64,000 nt of DNA from SAR86 cluster bacterium (GTDB lineage Bacteria > Pseudomonadota > Gammaproteobacteria > Magnimaribacterales > TMED112): the NCBI GenBank assembly GCA_003331635.1, contig QOPH01000001.1, positions 42,599 through 106,598 of the forward strand, given 5' to 3'. A model generated the notes under the pieces. That model ran no database searches. It had not been told where the DNA came from and saw only the letters and a program-made list of their open reading frames with translations. The position numbers and the translations under genes are program-made. How positions within the stretch are numbered: position 1 is the first letter of the stretch; every line of letters begins with the position of its first letter. This document shows positions 57,070 through 64,000 of this stretch, piece by piece.

Positions 57070-57563
57070 AAAGTTTTAGCAGGGAAAACCCATACTTAGC
57101 TCCTCTTTTATTAACTTTCTTAGGTTTTTTCGAATCTTTTGTAATTACCGGTGTAGTTTTTCCAAGTCTCTTTTTGTATTTACTAGCTGTTTTTCTTTAT
57201 CTTGAAGGAATATCAAATATCTTTTTAATCACAGTTTTTGCATATGCTGGGTCATTTATAGGAGACCAATCAAGCTATTTCATGGGAAGAGTGTTTGGCA
57301 CAAAGATCTTCGAATGGAATTTTTTTAGGAAGAGAAAGGAAAGAGTTGAAAAAACAAAAAATTGGTTTGAAAAATATGAATTCGGGGCGATACTTCTTGG
57401 AAGAATGACACCGAGCATCAGACCTTTTGCACCGTTTTTTGTCGGTTCATTTAAGCTTAATTATAAGAAATTTCTATTTTTTGATTTATTGGCTTGTGCT
57501 ATATGGGGTTTGGGTTTAGTTCTTTTGGTAGTACTATGGGAATATATAGCTAATTTATTCTAA
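57057..57563 (+). CDS. DedA/SNARE-associated family membrane protein (start uncertain)
   Basis: GDQSSYFMGRVFG and LLGRMTPSIRPF motifs. The conserved N-terminal segment (NPYLAPLLLTFLGFFESFVITGVVFPS) is in frame upstream of the first canonical start (TTG at 57174). The only start-like codon there is CTG at 57057. Confidence 0.6.
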   Translation: MDVLKSFSRENPYLAPLLLTFLGFFESFVITGVVFPSLFLYLLAVFLYLEGISNIFLITVFAYAGSFIGDQSSYFMGRVFGTKIFEWNFFRKRKERVEKTKNWFEKYEFGAILLGRMTPSIRPFAPFFVGSFKLNYKKFLFFDLLACAIWGLGLVLLVVLWEYIANLF

Positions 57564-57739
57564 TGTTATATTTTGTTGGCTTAATCTCCATTATCTTATT
57601 ATCAATCTTATTGCTTAACTATTTTTTTAAAGAAGGCTCCAAAAACATGTTTAAAAGCTTATTAGTGCGATTTATGGCAATTGTTTTAACAATCATTAGT
57701 GTCATTATATTAATTAGGCTTGTAAGGACCTTTTTATGA
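57563..57739 (+). CDS. Candidate 58-aa two-TM membrane protein
   Basis: Not in the ORF track. The ATG overlaps the dedA stop (TAATG) and the TGA overlaps the downstream HIT-gene start (ATGA). Translation is MLYFVGLISIILLSILLLNYFFKEGSKNMFKSLLVRFMAIVLTIISVIILIRLVRTFL. Confidence 0.5.
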   Translation: MLYFVGLISIILLSILLLNYFFKEGSKNMFKSLLVRFMAIVLTIISVIILIRLVRTFL

Positions 57740-58080
57740 GTCAAAATTCAATTTTTTTAAAGATTAAAACAGGAGAAATTCCTGGAAAAATTGTTTTCGA
57801 GGACGATCAATGTTTTGCTATTGAAGATATTAATCCACAAGCGCCCGTTCATGTGCTCATTATTCCAAATAAGGAAATAGCAAAAGTGTCTGATTCAGAA
57901 GAGAGTGATAAAGAGCTTCTTGGTCATCTTCTGCTAGTATCAAAAAAAATAGCAGAGAAATACAATCTCAATGATAATTACAGACTAGTAATAAATAATG
58001 GTACAGATGCTGGGCAAAGTGTTTTCCACATACATGTTCACCTCTTAGGTGGACGAGGTCTTACGTGGCCTCCGGGCTAA
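57736..58080 (+). CDS. HIT-family (HinT-like) nucleotide hydrolase
   Basis: Histidine triad HIHVHLLGG. Length 114 aa. Confidence 0.88.
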   Translation: MSQNSIFLKIKTGEIPGKIVFEDDQCFAIEDINPQAPVHVLIIPNKEIAKVSDSEESDKELLGHLLLVSKKIAEKYNLNDNYRLVINNGTDAGQSVFHIHVHLLGGRGLTWPPG

Positions 58081-58192
58081 TAGAAATAGGCACCAATCAT
58101 TAGAATGATTATTACAATCCCAATTATTCCAAAAAAAATTACAATATTCCTTAATACAGTTTTATCATCCATGGATAAATTATAAATTCATT

Positions 58193-59281
58193 ATGATTAG
58201 AATCGAACCTTACAAAGACGAAGAAGTTAACGATATTTTAAAAAAACTTCTAGCTAATACGGAATTTTTATCCTTTGTTGAAAAAAATTTGAATAATAAA
58301 GAGTCTAAATTTCTATCTCTTCCTGGTTCAAAATTTTTAGCAATGCAACTTTTCAAAGGCAAAATAAAAAACATACATAACGTTGATGATTTTCAAAATC
58401 AAATGAAAAAAATTCTATCCTCTGTAATAGATAAGACAATCGAAAAATTCACTTATAGTGGTGTTGAGAGGCTTGATACAACAAAACCATATCTCTTTAT
58501 TGGAAACCACAGAGATATTACCCTTGACTCAGCTTTATGCAACAACGCAATAACTGAAAACGGGCATGAGACTACTTTTAATGCAATAGGAGATAATCTA
58601 GCTGATGTTAGTTGGATGGGCGATCTATTGAGGTTAAATAAATGTTTCATAATTCCAAGAAGTGGAGAATCGAAAAAAGAAATATATTCAAATTTAATGA
58701 GGTCTTCATCCTTTATAAAGGAAACCTTAGAAAGTGGTAACCATGTTTGGATTGCGCAAAAACAAGGTCGTAGTAAAGATGGAAAAGATTATACCGATTC
58801 TGCAGTCCTAAAAATGTTATATATGTCATTGCGCAAAGAAATTTCATTTGAAGAAATTACAGATAAATACAATATAGTTACGTGTTCAATCTCATATGAA
58901 ATCGATCCATTAGCTAAAGAAAAAATAACCTCCCATTCTGAAGAAGAGAAAAAATATGGTGAAGATGTAAGTCATATCTTTAAGGGTATTATGAATAACA
59001 AAGGACTAGTGCATCTTTCGATTGGTGAGCAAATTAAAGGTAGTTTTAATGTTGAAGAGCTTACTAAAAAAATTGATTCTGAAATAATTAAGAACTATAA
59101 GCTTTGGGAAACAAATGAGTATGCATTTAAATTCCTTAAAGACAATTTACATGATAGTAGTCTTAAAAGAGCAAAAAACTATTATGATGAACTTTTAGCT
59201 ACTGTGACTAAAGATGAACTTAACGATATAATGACCCAGTACGCTAATCCAGTTTTAGCAAAAGAGGGATTAAATCTATGA
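58193..59281 (+). CDS. Putative acyltransferase-family protein (PlsC/GPAT-like)
   Basis: The FIGNHRDITLDSA segment resembles the acyltransferase HxxxxD block but has non-canonical spacing. Length 362 aa. Confidence 0.35.
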   Translation: MIRIEPYKDEEVNDILKKLLANTEFLSFVEKNLNNKESKFLSLPGSKFLAMQLFKGKIKNIHNVDDFQNQMKKILSSVIDKTIEKFTYSGVERLDTTKPYLFIGNHRDITLDSALCNNAITENGHETTFNAIGDNLADVSWMGDLLRLNKCFIIPRSGESKKEIYSNLMRSSSFIKETLESGNHVWIAQKQGRSKDGKDYTDSAVLKMLYMSLRKEISFEEITDKYNIVTCSISYEIDPLAKEKITSHSEEEKKYGEDVSHIFKGIMNNKGLVHLSIGEQIKGSFNVEELTKKIDSEIIKNYKLWETNEYAFKFLKDNLHDSSLKRAKNYYDELLATVTKDELNDIMTQYANPVLAKEGLNL

Positions 59282-59399
59282 GTGATGATCAGTTTTACGA
59301 TAACGATGAAGAGAAAGAAAACTCTTCGACAGACTCTGTTGTTGCATTAATTATTATTTTAGTGGGTGTCGCAGCTGCTACAATTTATGTAAGTTCATT

Positions 59400-59403
<4 letters not shown>
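59278..59403 (+). CDS. Candidate 41-aa single-TM protein (acidic N-terminus)
   Basis: Not in the ORF track. ATGA overlaps occur at both ends, with the upstream stop and with the downstream SDR start. Translation is MSDDQFYDNDEEKENSSTDSVVALIIILVGVAAATIYVSSL. Confidence 0.5.
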
Positions 59404-61129
<1,726 letters not shown>

Positions 61130-61174
61130 TTAAAAAAAGAGTACATTTGATTTTTTTAGTTACAATATCTTAGC

Positions 61175-63295
61175 ATGTCAATAGATAGAATTTATAGGGA
61201 GTTTTTTGGATTTTCTTTAATCATTTTCTCTTTATTTCTTTTTGGTAGTCTAATAACCTTTTCCTACCTTGATACGACTGAAGACTTATTAATTATAGAT
61301 AAAGAATTTAAAAATAACTTTGGTTTTCTTGGCGCACTATTTTCTACGAATTTATTTTTCAATTTTGGCTTAGTCTCATTTTATTTAGTATTTATCTTAT
61401 TTTATTTTGGATTGCTTTTTTTCTTTAATTATTCTGAAAGGAATGCATATTTAAGTGTTTTAGATAACATAAATAAATTTCTGTTAGGTTTGTTTTCAGT
61501 TCTGCTTGCATGTATTTCGACTTCTGCTTTTATTAGTACTGATTATTACAACTTTAATTATTTAGATATAAATAATGGAGGAAAAGCTGGTGTAAATCTC
61601 ATCGAATCTATGTCGCTTTTTCTTCCAAAAATGTGGCTAGGTACAATTTCATTTATATTCTTTTTATTAGTTCAATATTTTATTTTCTCAGATATTGTTA
61701 ATGCACTCAGATCATTTTTGTCGCCGAGAAGAAAAGATAAAGAAGAAACTAAAGTTCCAGAGGTTAAAGAAAAGCATATTGAAACCTCTCCTGAACCAAC
61801 GCCATCAAAATCAATTAGTGCTAAACCTAAAGAAGTAAAGAAAAAAGTTGTAGAAAAACCTGTTCAAAGAGAAGATTTTATCGATTTGCTAGATCAAAAA
61901 GAAGGTATGTCGACAGAAGTTACTGAGGAATATCTAAATGATTTGTCAGAAAATCTTACAATCAAACTCAGAGAGTTTGGAATAGAGGGCAATGTTGAAA
62001 ATAATTTACCTGGGCCAGTAATAACTAGGTTTGAAATTACTCTTGCACCAGGAACAAAAGCTAGCCAAGTTTCGAATATTGCAAATGATCTAGCAAGATC
62101 TCTTGCAGTCAAAAGTGTAAGAGTTGTAGAGGTTATAGAAGGCAAATCTACTATCGGAATTGAGATACCAAATCCAAAAAGACAGATTGTATCCTTATAT
62201 TCAATTATGAAAGAGTTTAAACAGAATGAACTAACTTCTCTAGAATTTTGTGTTGGTAGAGATATTTCTGGGCAAGCATCAAAAATTAATTTACAGCAAC
62301 TTCCTCATTTACTTATTGCTGGAACAACAGGCTCCGGAAAATCAGTTGGAGTAAATACAATCTTGTTAAATTTATTAAGAAACAATGATCCAGAAAAATT
62401 AAAACTTCTATTAATCGATCCGAAGATGCTAGAGCTATCAGTTTATGACGATATTCCGCATTTAATAACTCCAGTTATTACTGACATGCAGAAAGCATCT
62501 AATGGATTAAATTGGTGTGTCAAAGAAATGGATAAGAGATATAAGCTTATGTCTATTTTAGGTGTCAGAAGTTTAGAGGGATACAATGAAAAAATTTCTA
62601 GCCTAAGCTCTATTCCAGATGATGTAAGGCAACAACTTGAAGAGGAAAATCAAGCTGAAATTAAAGAACTTCCATACATAGTAGTAGTCATAGATGAGCT
62701 CGCTGATTTGATGATGGTAACAGGAAAGAAAGTTGAACAATTAATTGCAAGGCTTGCACAAAAAGCAAGAGCATCTGGCATTCACTTGGCTATAGCTACC
62801 CAAAGACCCTCAGTGGATGTAATTACAGGATTAATCAAAGCAAATATTCCATCTAGAATGTCATTTCTAGTTTCTTCAAAAGTTGATTCAAGAACAATTC
62901 TCGACCAAGGTGGAGCAGAACAATTGCTAGGAAAAGGAGATATGCTTTTCATCGAACCAGGTACCTCAATTCCAAAGAGAATCCATGGAGCATTTGTTTC
63001 CGATGGAGAAGTTCAAAGAGCTGCAAAAAAAATGAGAGAACTAGGACAACCAAATTATATTGAAGAAGTTATAAAATCACCTGAGTTAATAGAGAACCTT
63101 GAGGATTCTGAGGGAGATGATGAACTTTACAATCAGGCTGTTGAATTTGTTGTTGAAACAAGAAGGGCATCAATATCTTCAGTTCAAAGAAAATTTAGAA
63201 TTGGCTACAATAGAGCTGCTCGTCTTATAGAGACTATGGAAGAAAATGGAATCGTATCTCCAATGAATTCAAATGGCTCTAGGGAAGTATTGTGA
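61175..63295 (+). CDS. ftsK: DNA translocase FtsK
   Basis: N-terminal TMs and a Pro/Lys-rich linker. Walker A GTTGSGKS, VVIDELADLM, and gamma-domain SVQRKFRIGYNRAARLIE. Confidence 0.92.
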   Translation: MSIDRIYREFFGFSLIIFSLFLFGSLITFSYLDTTEDLLIIDKEFKNNFGFLGALFSTNLFFNFGLVSFYLVFILFYFGLLFFFNYSERNAYLSVLDNINKFLLGLFSVLLACISTSAFISTDYYNFNYLDINNGGKAGVNLIESMSLFLPKMWLGTISFIFFLLVQYFIFSDIVNALRSFLSPRRKDKEETKVPEVKEKHIETSPEPTPSKSISAKPKEVKKKVVEKPVQREDFIDLLDQKEGMSTEVTEEYLNDLSENLTIKLREFGIEGNVENNLPGPVITRFEITLAPGTKASQVSNIANDLARSLAVKSVRVVEVIEGKSTIGIEIPNPKRQIVSLYSIMKEFKQNELTSLEFCVGRDISGQASKINLQQLPHLLIAGTTGSGKSVGVNTILLNLLRNNDPEKLKLLLIDPKMLELSVYDDIPHLITPVITDMQKASNGLNWCVKEMDKRYKLMSILGVRSLEGYNEKISSLSSIPDDVRQQLEEENQAEIKELPYIVVVIDELADLMMVTGKKVEQLIARLAQKARASGIHLAIATQRPSVDVITGLIKANIPSRMSFLVSSKVDSRTILDQGGAEQLLGKGDMLFIEPGTSIPKRIHGAFVSDGEVQRAAKKMRELGQPNYIEEVIKSPELIENLEDSEGDDELYNQAVEFVVETRRASISSVQRKFRIGYNRAARLIETMEENGIVSPMNSNGSREVL

Positions 63296-64000
63296 TTGAT
63301 TTAAAGCTACTAAAAAACAACCTTAAAGATATTGAAAGGAAAATTAACTCTAGAGGTGAGAGCTTCGATCTCAGCACTATTGTTTTAGATTATGAAAGGA
63401 AGAATTCATTACAAATTGAGATTGAAGATCTTAGAAATCAAAAGAAACAAGTTTCAAAAGAAATTGGAGAGTTAAAAAAAAATAAATCTAATTCATCAGA
63501 GCAAGAAAAAAGGTCAGATGACTTATCTACTAATCTATCCAAATTAGAAAAATCATTTGAAGAATTAGATGAAAAAGTAAATGAAAATCTTTCATTCATT
63601 CCAAACATACCCCACGAGAAATGTCCAAATGGAAATAGTGAAGAAAATAATGTTGAAGTCTATAGAAAAGAGTACAAGAACCCAAAAACTAGTTTAGATC
63701 ACGTTGAAATAGGTGAAAAAATTGATTCTATAAATTTTGATGATGCAACAAAAGTCGTAGGGCCAAGATTTGTAGTTCTAAAGAATAAACTGGCGCAAAT
63801 GCATAGAGCATTAATTCAATTAATGTTAGATGAAGCTATGAAAAATAATTATCAAGAATGTTATGTTCCTCATATTGTAAATTCGAATTCATTATTTGGA
63901 ACTGGTCAACTGCCTAAGTTTGCTGATGACTCTTTTAAACTAGAAAATGAAGAAAAATATTTGATCCCTACTGCAGAAGTACCTTTAACTAATCTTTTTA
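63292..64000 (+). CDS. serS: Serine--tRNA ligase, 3'-truncated at the window edge
   Basis: The GTG start overlaps the ftsK stop (GTGA). An N-terminal coiled-coil arm (MIDLKLLKNNL...) is followed by FGTGQLPKF and LIPTAEVPLTN. The ORF runs off the window. Confidence 0.85.
   Translation, partial: MIDLKLLKNNLKDIERKINSRGESFDLSTIVLDYERKNSLQIEIEDLRNQKKQVSKEIGELKKNKSNSSEQEKRSDDLSTNLSKLEKSFEELDEKVNENLSFIPNIPHEKCPNGNSEENNVEVYRKEYKNPKTSLDHVEIGEKIDSINFDDATKVVGPRFVVLKNKLAQMHRALIQLMLDEAMKNNYQECYVPHIVNSNSLFGTGQLPKFADDSFKLENEEKYLIPTAEVPLTNLF

Noticed and set aside
61894-62145. 83-aa minus-strand ORF inside ftsK
   Set aside because: Antisense shadow of a conserved CDS.

Overview
This is an AT-rich, very tightly packed bacterial chromosomal segment. 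Many genes overlap by 1-20 nt, often through ATGA or TAATG junctions. The gene content suggests a streamlined marine Gammaproteobacterium: two TonB-dependent receptors, a Gsp-type T2SS and a PhoBR pair. That taxonomic guess is inference only.

Content in order:
- trpE(partial)GDC plus a DUF4399 gene.
- A cupredoxin-motif lipoprotein and an IDO-like heme dioxygenase. The IDO-like gene is divergent from a TonB-dependent receptor across a Fur-box-like palindrome.
- An ORF-free, GC-elevated structured segment ending in a clean intrinsic terminator.
- glpK, sbcB, and a DUF5916 outer-membrane protein with an ABC-2 exporter.
- tadA and a pyrC-like gene.
- A minus-strand block from a PhoD-like phosphatase through folE, maf, queD-like, cysS and thrS to yidD.
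- Two tRNA-Gly genes.
- A minus-strand unit of amidohydrolase, photolyase-related protein and beta-CASP exonuclease.
- ggt, mscS and an acyl-CoA ligase.
- A phosphate-centred supercluster: phoBR, a complete gspC-N T2SS, ppx-ppk2, a PiT transporter, a near-consensus Pho box, a TonB-dependent receptor and a beta-propeller phytase lipoprotein.
- dedA, a HIT-family gene, an acyltransferase-like gene, an SDR, trxB, ftsK and partial serS.

I saw no rRNA, CRISPR array, transposase, integrase, prophage or recognisable defence system.

The observations most worth a second look are the Pho/T2SS/phytase arrangement, the unclassified structured RNA candidate at 8441-8653, the Fur-box-linked IDO-like/TBDR pair, the cupredoxin lipoprotein with GC-rich repeats, the photolyase-related/exonuclease pairing, and several sub-60-aa membrane ORFs that are coupled at both ends and missing from the ORF track.

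All homology calls come from motifs read by eye in the translations. No database search was run, and GC statements are by-eye impressions rather than computed values.
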